Source: Lentisphaerota bacterium
Lineage (GTDB): Bacteria > Verrucomicrobiota > Kiritimatiellia > UBA8416 > JAIOPI01
DNA length: 64,000 bases
Direction: 5' to 3'
Assembly: GCA_021413965.1 (NCBI GenBank)
Contig: JAIOPI010000003.1
Coordinates: 22,515-86,514 of the forward strand
The notes under the pieces were generated by a model. That model was not told the origin of the DNA and ran no database searches. It saw only the letters and a program-made list of their open reading frames with translations. This document shows, piece after piece, positions 1-8,950 of this stretch (the first letter of the stretch is position 1; every line of letters starts with the position of its first letter). A program made the translations under genes and the position numbers.

Positions 1-340
1 CGGGTAGAACGCGTTGTCCAGCGCGCGCTTGATCTCGCGGTAGCCTTCGATCAGGAACAGACCCAATTCATCGCGGTGGGAGCGCTGCCGCAGTTTGACT
101 ACCTGCTTGACGCGCGGATTGGTGAGGCTGGTGATTATCGGGGTGGGGGGCGTCATGTTTTACCGGCCGGGACGGCCGGCTCCAGGGGGACAGGCATGCA
201 AGTCACTGGAGGCGGCGGTCCCCGCCGTTTTGGCGAGGTTCTTGTTGATGAGCATGAGGGACGGCATCGTTGATGGCTCAAGGCGCCAAATCTCACTTCG
301 CCTGGAAATGCCCCCCATCCGGTTTGCTTCCCGTCACAAC

Positions 341-952
341 TTAGCTTGCCAAAGACCTGCGCTTTAGAAGCAAGACGATGCCGGGGAGGGGCGGGAAGGC
401 AGAAGCGGTGGTCGACGTCGACGTGGTTGATGTGGTCGTCACCGAGGTCCCTGCTGTTGTACTAGTAGTGGTCGAGGTGCTCGTCACGGTGCCTTGATCA
501 CCCGTCGGCAGGTGTTCGATGATGGCTTCATCGGTGTCGATGAACCCCGAGCCGGTGGTGGTGGTGTTCGTGGTGCCATCGTTGTTGGTGTCGGTGGAGG
601 TGTGGGTGCCGCCGACGACGGAGGTGACGGTGAGGTGCTGGATGACGGCCGTTTTGTTGGTCCCGGGATTGAAGCGGCTGATGTAGGTGGTGGTGGGACC
701 GGTTTTGCGCGTGAGGACGCCGAGATTGTCATCGGAGAGCGACCATTCGTAGCTGAAGCCGCCGGTGGCCGTGAACTCGATGGACTGGTTGATGCTGATG
801 CCGATGGAGTGGGGCTCGACCCTGAGCTGACCGCCCTCGGCGGATTGGGTCTCGCAGCCGGTCTGCAGGGGGATGACGGCAACCAGCATGATCAGGGCGC
901 CGGTCCCTACGGCCAGCGCACCCGCCAACGACAATGTCCTGGAGCGCGTCAT
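341..952 (-). CDS. Secreted or lipoprotein-like protein with a Thr/Ser-rich low-complexity C-terminal half
   Basis: Internal ATG at 952 (M85 of the 287-aa ORF) gives MTRSRTLSLAGALAVGTGALIMLVAVIPLQTGC, a signal peptide with a lipobox-like LQTGC; the C-terminal ~70 aa are runs of T/S (TSTSTTTSTTAGTSVTTTSTTSTSTT); the tail ends FPPLPGIVLLLKRR. Confidence 0.5.
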   Translation of the reverse strand: MTRSRTLSLAGALAVGTGALIMLVAVIPLQTGCETQSAEGGQLRVEPHSIGISINQSIEFTATGGFSYEWSLSDDNLGVLTRKTGPTTTYISRFNPGTNKTAVIQHLTVTSVVGGTHTSTDTNNDGTTNTTTTGSGFIDTDEAIIEHLPTGDQGTVTSTSTTTSTTAGTSVTTTSTTSTSTTASAFPPLPGIVLLLKRRSLAS

Positions 953-997
953 TTGAGGTTGGCAGCATAACGGACGGGCGGCTAGGATGTCAAAGCA

Positions 998-2017
998 ATG
1001 ACAACGGATACACGATCGTCTGCCCGCCATTCGCCAAGCCTGGCGCTGTCTTTCACGCTTACACTGGCCTTGCTGGCGGGGGGCGCGTCGTCGCTGGGTG
1101 CGGCGGAGCCCGTGCGGCCGGTCCTGCTGGACGGGGTGGCGGCGCACGTCAACCGGCACATCGTGACGGTGGGCGATGTGCTGCTGGTGATGGAGTCTGA
1201 CCACCGCGAGCTGGTCGCGCGCTACACGGGGACGGAGTTGCGGCGCCGCTTGCAGGCCAAGTACAAGGAGACGCTGAATTCCCTGGTGGAACGCTTTGTG
1301 GTGCTGGATGCGTACGAGAATGGCGAGGGGCGCATTCCGGACTGGGCGGTCGACAAGCGGGCGGACGAAGTGATTCGCGACCAGTTCGACGGCGACCGCG
1401 GGGCGCTGCTCGAGGCGCTGTCACACGAGAACATGACCTACGAGGACTGGCGCCAGCGGATCCGGCAGCAGATGATCGTGGCCTCGATGCGCAGCACGAG
1501 TGTTGAGCAGAACGTGAATGTGTCTCCCGACGACGTGTCGCGCTACTATGCAGCCCATCGCAACAAGTACGTGTCGGCGGAGCGGGTGCATCTGCGGGTG
1601 ATTGTGGTGGCGAAGGGCACGGGGGCGGGGCGTTCGGAGGCGGAGGCGGTCTGGGCGCGCGTCGCCGGGGGCGGGGAAGATTTCGGGGCCGTGGCCAAGG
1701 CGGTGTCTGTGGGCTCCAAGGCGGAGGAGGGCGGGGACTGGGGCTGGGTGGACCCGTCGATCCTGAAACCCGAGCTGGCGGCCGTTGCGCAGGCGATCAA
1801 GCCGGGCAGCGTCAGCGACGTCATCGCCAGCGACCAGGAATTCTACATTCTGAAGGTGGAAGATCGACGCGCCGCGGTGGAGCAGACGCTTGCCGAGGTT
1901 CAGACGAGCATCGAGAACGAGTTGAAGCTGGATCGGTCGCAGCAGATGTACCGGGCGTGGGTTGAGCGCCTGAAGCAGGACGCCTACGTGAAGGTGTTCG
2001 ACGTCAATCTCTTCTGA
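998..2017 (+). CDS. SurA-like periplasmic chaperone / parvulin-type peptidyl-prolyl isomerase (SurA N-domain plus one PpiC domain)
   Basis: Signal peptide, SurA_N-like segment, then a parvulin domain (HLRVIVVAKG...GDWGWVDP...EFYILKV); rsmA lies immediately downstream as in the E. coli surA-pdxA-ksgA arrangement. Confidence 0.75.
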   Translation: MTTDTRSSARHSPSLALSFTLTLALLAGGASSLGAAEPVRPVLLDGVAAHVNRHIVTVGDVLLVMESDHRELVARYTGTELRRRLQAKYKETLNSLVERFVVLDAYENGEGRIPDWAVDKRADEVIRDQFDGDRGALLEALSHENMTYEDWRQRIRQQMIVASMRSTSVEQNVNVSPDDVSRYYAAHRNKYVSAERVHLRVIVVAKGTGAGRSEAEAVWARVAGGGEDFGAVAKAVSVGSKAEEGGDWGWVDPSILKPELAAVAQAIKPGSVSDVIASDQEFYILKVEDRRAAVEQTLAEVQTSIENELKLDRSQQMYRAWVERLKQDAYVKVFDVNLF

Positions 2018-2183
2018 TGTGCGATGGGTCCTGCGCGCTGCAGACAGGTTTGACAAGTCAGGCAGCCGCAGAGACAGAGCAGGACGCGTTGTCCTGCCGG
2101 GGCCGGTGAGAGGCCGGTTTGGAGTCCGTGTGACCACCCCAATTCACGGTTCGCCCTCCCAGCGGACGTGACGTTCCGAGAAC

Positions 2184-3068
2184 ATGCCAACCGAAACTCC
2201 AGACACATCGTCGTCGCCGGCCGCCGACGACGTGCTGCGTCCGTCGCAGGTTCAGCGGCTGCTGGCCGAGCTGGACTTCCGGCCTCACAAGTCGCTCGGC
2301 CAGAATTTTCTCGTCGATCGCAACATCCTGGACCACCTGATGGCATCGGCGGCGATCGAGCCGACGGACACGGTGCTGGAGATCGGCCCGGGACTGGGGG
2401 CGGTGACGCAGGCGTTGCTCGCGCGGGCGCGGCGCGTGCTGGCGGTGGAGAAGGATCCGCGGCTGTACGCCTTTCTTCGGCGGCGGTTCGGGGGCGCCGC
2501 CCATTTCCACCTGATCGAGGGCGACATGCTCGACGCCAGCGTGGACGCCCTGGCGTGGCCGGGCGAGGGGCTGGTGCGGATCGACCGCGTGGTCTCCAAT
2601 TTGCCGTACTCGGTGGGCAGCCGCATCCTGGTGGACCTGGTGCGGGCTGTGCATCGTCCGCGTGGGATCGTGGTGACGGTGCAGAAGGAAGTGGCCGAGC
2701 GGTTGGCGGGCGGGCCGGGGGGGGGGAGCTACGGGCTGCTGTCGATCTGGGTGCAGCGTGCCTACGAGGTGACGCTGGTGCGCACGATTGGCCCGCGGTG
2801 TTTCCTGCCGGAGCCGGAAGTGAAATCGGCGATCGTGCGCCTGCAGGCGCGCACCGGCGAGGCGGCGGAACCGTTGGCGTTTTACGCGCTGAGCCGGCAG
2901 GCCTTTGCGCAGCGTCGCAAGCAGATAGCCCGCACGCTGGCGACGGGAGGGCGGACGCCGGAGGCGGTGCGTGCGGCGCTGGCGCTGGTGGGGGCGACGC
3001 CGCTGGCGCGCCCGGAGGAACTGACGCCACCGCAATGGTCGGCACTGGTGAAGGCGCTCGAGCGCTGA
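2184..3068 (+). CDS. rsmA: 16S rRNA (adenine1518/1519-N6)-dimethyltransferase
   Basis: KSLGQNFLVD, VLEIGPGLGAVT SAM motif, VVSNLPYSVGS; the ~290-aa size fits. Confidence 0.9.
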   Translation: MPTETPDTSSSPAADDVLRPSQVQRLLAELDFRPHKSLGQNFLVDRNILDHLMASAAIEPTDTVLEIGPGLGAVTQALLARARRVLAVEKDPRLYAFLRRRFGGAAHFHLIEGDMLDASVDALAWPGEGLVRIDRVVSNLPYSVGSRILVDLVRAVHRPRGIVVTVQKEVAERLAGGPGGGSYGLLSIWVQRAYEVTLVRTIGPRCFLPEPEVKSAIVRLQARTGEAAEPLAFYALSRQAFAQRRKQIARTLATGGRTPEAVRAALALVGATPLARPEELTPPQWSALVKALER

Positions 3069-3145
3069 ACGTTTACCGGTGCCGCGGGTGAAGCATGCCC
3101 GCTTCGATTGACAGCCTTCGGGGCGGAGAGTAGATAAGCAAGGCC

Positions 3146-5656
3146 ATGACGGACGCTTCCACACCGATGATGCAGCAGTACCGCCGGATCAAGGCGGAGA
3201 TCCCGGACGACGTCATCCTGTTCTTTCGGATGGGCGATTTCTACGAGATGTTTTTCGAGGACGCGAAGGCGGCGGCGCCGCTTCTGGACGTGGCGCTGAC
3301 TCGGCGCCAGAACGTGCCGATGTGCGGGGTGCCGTACCATGCGGTGGACCTGTACCTGGCGAAGCTGATTCGCGCGGGCCGGCAGGTGGCGATCTGCGAC
3401 CAGATGGAAGACCCGGCGACGGCGCGCGGCATCGTGCGGCGCGAAATCACGCGCGTGGTGACGCCGGGGACGGTGCTGGAAGAGAACATCCTGGATGCGC
3501 GGCAGGCGAACTACCTGGCGGCCATGTACGTGGCGGAGGACCTGTTCGGCCTGGCCCTGATCGACTTGTCGACGGGCCAGTTCGTGGCCGAGGAGCTGGG
3601 AAGCGCGGACGGGCTGCGCGACAGCCTGCGGCGCGCGCTGCCGGCCGAGTGCCTGGTGCCTGAAGCGCAGCGCGACCATCCGGCGATCCGGGCGGCGGTG
3701 GCGGCCAGCCCGGGGCTGCACGTGGTTGGGGGGGAAGACTGGACTTTCGATTACGACGCGGCGCGGGACGCGCTCGTGCGGCACTTCCACGTGCATTCGC
3801 TGGAGGGCTTCGGGTGCGAGGGGCGGCGTGCGCTGGTGGGGGCGGCGGGGGCCGCGCTTTACCACGTGCGCGAGGCGCTGCGCCGGCACGTGGCGCACAT
3901 CCGCGGCCTGACGGTGCGGCAGGGCTCCGAGTTCCTGCTGCTCGACGAGGCCACCTGCGGCAACCTGGACCTGGTGCCCCTGCGCGGCAAGGAGAGTGCG
4001 CCGTCGCTGCTGGGCGTCCTGGATGTCACGCGCACGGCGATGGGCGGGCGGCGGCTGCGCGAGTGGGTCCTGCAGCCGCTGGCTGGGCTTGAACCGCTGC
4101 GCCTGCGGCATGACGCCGTGGAGGTGCTGACGACGCACCGGGCCGGGCTGACGGCGCTGCGCGAGGCGCTGGGCAACGTACGGGATCTTGAGCGGCTGAT
4201 GGCACGCATCAGCGCTGGCAGCGGGAATGCGCGCGATCTGCAGGCCGTGGGGCAGTCGCTCGCCAACCTGCCGGCGGTGCGCGACCTGGCGCTGGGGCTG
4301 GAGTCCGTCCGGTTGCGCGAGCTGGGGATGGCGATCACGCCGCTGCCCGAGGTGGTTGCGTTGATTGGGCAGGCGATCGCCGATGAGCCGCCGGTGTCGG
4401 TGCGTGACGGCGGCCTGATCCGGGAGGGGTACCGGCCGGAGCTGGATGACCTGCGGCAGGCGGCTTCGCAAGGGCGGCAGTGGCTGGCGGAGTACCAGAC
4501 GCGCGAGCAGGCGCGGACCGGGATCAAGACGCTGAAGGTGCGGCACAACAAGGTGTTTGGCTATTACATTGAAGTGTCGCGCGGGCAGCTGGCGAACGTG
4601 CCGGCGGACTATGCGCGCAAGCAGACGCTGGTGAACGCCGAGCGCTTCGTGACGCCGGAGCTGAAGGACTACGAGGGGCGCATCATGGGGGCGCAGGAGC
4701 GCTCCATGGCGCTGGAGTACGACTTATTCCTGGAGGTGCGGGAGGCGGTCGTGCGCGAGGCGGCCCGGGTTCAGGCCTCCGCACAGGCGGTGGCCGAGCT
4801 GGACGCGATCGGCGCGCTGGCGGACCGGGCGCTGGCGTTCGGCTATGTGCGCCCCGCCATGACGATGGCGGACACGCTACAGATTCGCGGGGGCCGGCAC
4901 CCGGTGGTGGAGCAGATGCCGGATGCGGAGCGCTTCGTGCCGAACGATACGTTGCTGGACTGCCGCGAGAACCAGCTGATGATCATCACGGGTCCGAACA
5001 TGGCGGGTAAGTCCACGTACATCCGCCAGGTGGCGCTGCTGTCCGTCATGGCGCAGTTGGGGTCGTTCGTGCCTGCCGAGTCGGCGACGCTGGCCCTGGT
5101 GGACCGGGTGTTCACGCGGGTGGGGGCGAGCGATGACCTGGCGCGAGGGCGCAGTACGTTCCTGGTGGAAATGCAGGAGACGGCCAACATCCTGCACAAT
5201 GCCACGGGTCGGAGCCTGATTGTGCTGGACGAGATCGGGCGCGGGACGAGCACGTTTGACGGCATCAGCATTGCGTGGGCGGTGGCGGAGTTCCTGCACA
5301 ACGAGTCGCGGGTGAAGGCGAAGACGCTGTTCGCGACGCACTACCATGAGCTGACGGACCTGTCGCGCACGCTGCCGGGCGTGAAGAACTACAACATCCT
5401 GGTGCGGGAGAAGGACGACCACATCGTCTTCCTGCGCAAGATTGTGCGCGGCGGGGCGGATAAGAGCTACGGCATCCAGGTGGCACGCCTGGCGGGCATG
5501 CCGGACGCGGTCATCGCGCGCGCCAAGGAGATCCTGGCCAACCTGGAAGAGGGCGAGTTGGGTGAACAAGGGCAGCCGAAGCTGGCGCGTCGCCGGGCGC
5601 GCCCGGCCGCTCCGGCGAACCAGATGGACCTGTTTGGAACGCCGGCCGGCGGGTGA
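3146..5656 (+). CDS. mutS: DNA mismatch repair protein MutS
   Basis: N-terminal MMQQYRRIKAEIPD...GDFYEMF mismatch-binding domain; Walker A TGPNMAGKSTYIRQ; DEIGRGTSTFDG; 836 aa. Confidence 0.95.
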   Translation: MTDASTPMMQQYRRIKAEIPDDVILFFRMGDFYEMFFEDAKAAAPLLDVALTRRQNVPMCGVPYHAVDLYLAKLIRAGRQVAICDQMEDPATARGIVRREITRVVTPGTVLEENILDARQANYLAAMYVAEDLFGLALIDLSTGQFVAEELGSADGLRDSLRRALPAECLVPEAQRDHPAIRAAVAASPGLHVVGGEDWTFDYDAARDALVRHFHVHSLEGFGCEGRRALVGAAGAALYHVREALRRHVAHIRGLTVRQGSEFLLLDEATCGNLDLVPLRGKESAPSLLGVLDVTRTAMGGRRLREWVLQPLAGLEPLRLRHDAVEVLTTHRAGLTALREALGNVRDLERLMARISAGSGNARDLQAVGQSLANLPAVRDLALGLESVRLRELGMAITPLPEVVALIGQAIADEPPVSVRDGGLIREGYRPELDDLRQAASQGRQWLAEYQTREQARTGIKTLKVRHNKVFGYYIEVSRGQLANVPADYARKQTLVNAERFVTPELKDYEGRIMGAQERSMALEYDLFLEVREAVVREAARVQASAQAVAELDAIGALADRALAFGYVRPAMTMADTLQIRGGRHPVVEQMPDAERFVPNDTLLDCRENQLMIITGPNMAGKSTYIRQVALLSVMAQLGSFVPAESATLALVDRVFTRVGASDDLARGRSTFLVEMQETANILHNATGRSLIVLDEIGRGTSTFDGISIAWAVAEFLHNESRVKAKTLFATHYHELTDLSRTLPGVKNYNILVREKDDHIVFLRKIVRGGADKSYGIQVARLAGMPDAVIARAKEILANLEEGELGEQGQPKLARRRARPAAPANQMDLFGTPAGG

Positions 5657-5735
5657 AGGCGGGGCTCTGTGACGAGCGGTGCGTGAAACGGCCAGGCCCG
5701 CGGCTGCTACGTGAGCAGGCATTTCGGAAGGACGC

Positions 5736-6377
5736 ATGACCCGTCAGTTGTTTCAATCAATCTTCACGGTGCGCGGGGTGGTGGCGTATGGCGCGGCGTT
5801 GCTGGCGGCCGTGGTGCTGACCGAGGTGGTCTGGGGATTTGCCGGCGGCGTGGTGGCGGGGTACACGATTGCCCGAAGTCCCGGGTATCAGCAGCAGGTG
5901 CAGGAATTCCTCAAGACCAGGGGCATCGATACGAAGGCGGATGCGGCGGTTGTGCAGGCGGCGTGCGCGGGGTTCTCGGCCGAGGACCGTGCCGAGTTGA
6001 ACCGGATGTCGGAGGGCGTCCTGCGGGAGGCGAACTGGTTTCTGGTGACGCTGGCGGTCAGCATATTGGTTTTCGGGCTGGTGGGTTTTTCGGGCGGATG
6101 GCTGGCGCGTGACTGGCGGCTGGCGGCACTGGTGCCGGCGTTGACCTTTGCCCTCAACAACCCGCTGGTGCGTTTTCCGCTGGCACGCGAGCTGGCGATT
6201 TCCCGGCAAGTCGTGATCGGTCTGGTGCAAGTTGGCGTGTGCGTGGTGCTGGCCGCCCTGGGGAGCAGGGTCGCGGCCAGGCGTCAGGCGGCGCTTGCGC
6301 CGTCGTTGAGGGTACGCACCGACAGCCGCCCGGACAGTTCCGGCGGGATGGCGCCGGGCGAAACGGGGCCAGCCTGA
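5736..6377 (+). CDS. Hypothetical integral membrane protein (about 4 TM segments)
   Basis: Hydrophobic helices (VVAYGAALLAAVVLTEVVWGF; WFLVTLAVSILVFGLVGF; VVIGLVQVGVCVVLAAL); RBS GGAAGGA upstream of the ATG at 5736; the 3' end overlaps the convergent gene, so the true stop may be earlier. Confidence 0.4.
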   Translation: MTRQLFQSIFTVRGVVAYGAALLAAVVLTEVVWGFAGGVVAGYTIARSPGYQQQVQEFLKTRGIDTKADAAVVQAACAGFSAEDRAELNRMSEGVLREANWFLVTLAVSILVFGLVGFSGGWLARDWRLAALVPALTFALNNPLVRFPLARELAISRQVVIGLVQVGVCVVLAALGSRVAARRQAALAPSLRVRTDSRPDSSGGMAPGETGPA

Positions 6378-7489
6378 GGGTGCCGGTAGAGCACAAGCCC
6401 GGCCAGGCCGTCGATGCTGTTCCGTTCAAGCGCGCCCCGCAGTTCCTCGTCCGTCTGCGGCGCCATGTCCAGCTGGAACACGGCGCTGTAGAGTCCGGTT
6501 CCCTGGGTGAAGACAAAGGGATGCTCCTGCAAGATGCGCGCGACAGCCGGTGATGGGTGCAGGATGCGCAGGGCGAATCGATTGGGGTCGGCGCCGATGA
6601 TGCGCTGGCCCCACTTGCGCTTGTAGCGCAGGATCCCGTCGTTCAGGAAGGCCCGCGAGAGGCCCAGGCCCGCGCGCGTATACCCTTTGGCCGCCAGATA
6701 TTCGAAGGCGAAGTGGTAGAGCGCACCACTGGCACCGTCGGTCAGGAACGCGTCACCATCGGCAGGTCGGATCCCCAGCGACCAAAGGCGCGGCCCATCC
6801 GGGTCATAGACGATCAGGCACCCGGCAATGTCGGCCTCTCCCTTGCGTACCATGAGCAGGTCCCCATCCTTGAGGTGCTGCGCCATATAGGCTTGTGGCA
6901 CGAGGTAGGTGCTGGCGCCGTGGATGGCGGACACGTGGGGCACGTACATGTTGGCGTAGAAGTCCGCGAAGCGCTGAGGATCGCGGGTGACGTCGTAGGT
7001 GAGGCCGTTCTTGCGAATGCGGCGCAAGTCGGATTTGACGCTGCTGCTTTGCAGGACCCACGAGGGCAGGGGGAGATTGACGGCACCGCGGATCCAGGTG
7101 GGAATGCAGAACCAGCGCCGGGGGTGGAGATAGTGGCACAAGGCATCGCTGAGTTCCGCGACCATGAGCGGGCAGTCCTGGCCGGAGCGGCGGGCCAGGC
7201 GGCGGGCATTCCACCACGAGGTGCGGCCAAGCGGCCGTTCCGTGCAGGCCCCGTCGAAGTACAGGTCCTTCAAGTAGGCGAGTCCCCGGGGCCTGGCGGC
7301 GCACAGGATGGAGAGGGGGAGGTGGCCGGGTTCGAGCGTGCCCGTGAGGACGACGAACGACATGCGCGCGAGGTGACGCCACCGGAGCAGGGCCTTCAGC
7401 GGACGAAGCGCACGTTGAGCCAGGGGCGGGGCGTCACGATAGAGGCGATGGGAGAAGTCGATGGTCTCGCCGTCATCACTGCGCATCAT
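6284..7489 (-). CDS. FemAB/GNAT-fold acyltransferase-like protein (DUF2156 / aminoacyl-phosphatidylglycerol-synthase C-domain-like or FemX-like); soluble
   Basis: 401 aa with no TM segment; the C-terminal half carries the FemAB/Acetyltransf_6-type pattern (...LIVYDPDG...YHFAFEYLAAKGYTRAGLGLS...ILRYKRKWGQR); its start overlaps the stop of the upstream HK by ~14 nt. Confidence 0.45.
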   Translation of the reverse strand: MMRSDDGETIDFSHRLYRDAPPLAQRALRPLKALLRWRHLARMSFVVLTGTLEPGHLPLSILCAARPRGLAYLKDLYFDGACTERPLGRTSWWNARRLARRSGQDCPLMVAELSDALCHYLHPRRWFCIPTWIRGAVNLPLPSWVLQSSSVKSDLRRIRKNGLTYDVTRDPQRFADFYANMYVPHVSAIHGASTYLVPQAYMAQHLKDGDLLMVRKGEADIAGCLIVYDPDGPRLWSLGIRPADGDAFLTDGASGALYHFAFEYLAAKGYTRAGLGLSRAFLNDGILRYKRKWGQRIIGADPNRFALRILHPSPAVARILQEHPFVFTQGTGLYSAVFQLDMAPQTDEELRGALERNSIDGLAGLVLYRHPQAGPVSPGAIPPELSGRLSVRTLNDGASAA

Positions 7490-8261
7490 AGAGCGCTCGG
7501 TCGTCCGGGACGGGCAAGAGTGCCGTCATCGTGGTTCCGTGTCCGGGTTGGGAGTGAACGCTGATGGTGCCGTTGTGGAGGCGGATAATGCCAAGGGCTT
7601 CGGGCAACCCCATGCCCCGCCCGCGAATCTTGGTCGAGAAGAAGGGATCGAAACAGTGGTCTAGGACCTTGGGTGTCATGCCCTGTCCGGCATCGCGCAC
7701 GGTGAGCGCGAGCCAGGGGCCGGTGCCGGCGGGGGGCAGGAAGGTGCGGGTGGCATCGGTGATCTGGCCGGGCCCGATGGAGACCTGGATGCGGCCCTGG
7801 AGGTCGAGCATGGCTTCGGCGGCATTGGTGACGAGATTGACGAGCAGTCGCCGCAGGAGGGCAGGGTCCGCGAAGAGGGTGGGGCAGTGGGGGCAGACGC
7901 CCGATTCCAGTTGGACACCGCGCGGCAGGGCGGTGGTGGTGGCGGCGGCGACTTCGGCGAGCAGTTCGGCGGGATCGAGTTCGGAGGGGGTGAACTCGAT
8001 GCGCGCGGAGTAGGTGGCCAGCTGGTCCGTGAGATGGAGGGCCAGTGCGGCGGCCGATTCAATGCGTTGGGCGCAATCGCGGGCGCGTGGCTCATTGGCG
8101 ATGGATCGCATCATCACGGTGTTGTTGCCCATGATCGCGGCGATGTAGTTATTGAAGTCGTGGGCGATGCCGGTGGCCATGGTGATCATGGCTTCGTGCC
8201 GCCGTTGCTGTTCTTGCTGTTGTTGGAACGAAAGCGGGGCGGGGGCGGGAGACGTCTTCAT
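7476..8261 (-). CDS. Sensor histidine kinase, cytoplasmic (HisKA + HATPase_c only, no TM or sensor domain)
   Basis: H-box ATGIAHDFNNYIAAIMGN; N/G boxes LVNLVTNAAEAM, DAGQGM, GRGMGLP; internal ATG at 8261 overlaps the pgsA stop as ATGA. Confidence 0.8.
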   Translation of the reverse strand: MKTSPAPAPLSFQQQQEQQRRHEAMITMATGIAHDFNNYIAAIMGNNTVMMRSIANEPRARDCAQRIESAAALALHLTDQLATYSARIEFTPSELDPAELLAEVAAATTTALPRGVQLESGVCPHCPTLFADPALLRRLLVNLVTNAAEAMLDLQGRIQVSIGPGQITDATRTFLPPAGTGPWLALTVRDAGQGMTPKVLDHCFDPFFSTKIRGRGMGLPEALGIIRLHNGTISVHSQPGHGTTMTALLPVPDDRALYDAQ

Positions 8262-8893
8262 TCGGCAGAATTCCGTTGGTCGTGCAGGGCGGCCGCCCGG
8301 CGGAGGAAGGGCCAGTAGTGCCGCGTGTACGTGTAGATCGAAATCGCGTTGACGAGGAAAGCCACGGCTTCGGCGGCATAGATGAGGGGCAGCGGAATGA
8401 GGCGCAGGGGGCTTTCCTCGTGGATGTAGATGGCCGCAATCAGCGGGAAATTGATGGCCGTGCGGACCTTGCCGGCCCAGTGGGCCTTGCCGCTGGCCTG
8501 GTAGATGGACCCGATCGAGCGCAGGAAGGTGACCCATTGATCGCGCGTCAGGAAAGCGAGGGTCAGGATCAGGAGGATGACGGCGTGGAGGTTGTGGTTG
8601 TTGGCGCGCGTGATGTAGACCAGGAGCGGGAGGGTCGAGAGGAAGAAGAACTTGTCCATCAGGGGGTCGGCATGCGCGCCGAACGGGGTTTCGACCTGGT
8701 AGCGCCGGGCGAGCCAGCCGTCGAAGAGGTCCGTGACGGCGGAGAGGATGAGGGCGGCCAGCGATCCCCAGAAGAGGGCCGCGCTGGGGTGCATGGTGTT
8801 GTAGAGCGCACCGGCAAAAAACAGCAGGATGAGCGGGAAGCGCGCCACCGTCAGCAGGGTGACGAGTGCGAGCTCCCGTGATTTATCCGCCAT
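8258..8893 (-). CDS. pgsA: CDP-diacylglycerol--glycerol-3-phosphate 3-phosphatidyltransferase (CDP-alcohol phosphatidyltransferase family)
   Basis: CDP-OH-P-transferase motif DLFDGWLARRYQVETPFGAHADPLMDK (D-G-x2-A-R...G...D...D); about 5 TM helices; 211 aa. Confidence 0.85.
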   Translation of the reverse strand: MADKSRELALVTLLTVARFPLILLFFAGALYNTMHPSAALFWGSLAALILSAVTDLFDGWLARRYQVETPFGAHADPLMDKFFFLSTLPLLVYITRANNHNLHAVILLILTLAFLTRDQWVTFLRSIGSIYQASGKAHWAGKVRTAINFPLIAAIYIHEESPLRLIPLPLIYAAEAVAFLVNAISIYTYTRHYWPFLRRAAALHDQRNSAE

Positions 8894-8950
8894 GATGATC
8901 CCTCAACCATCCGGGCGGGGGCCCGGAGCGGCCCCGTTCCGCGCGCGTTC

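Noticed and set aside
2882-4546. 554-aa ORF antisense to mutS (and similar long Arg/Pro/His-rich ORFs at 1984-3164, 14382-16124, 17098-18537, 22193-24481, 33923-35896, 46424-48670)
   Set aside because: Strongly biased low-complexity composition (R/P/H/Q-rich), fully contained in well-supported genes on the opposite strand; typical long spurious ORFs in ~68% GC DNA.
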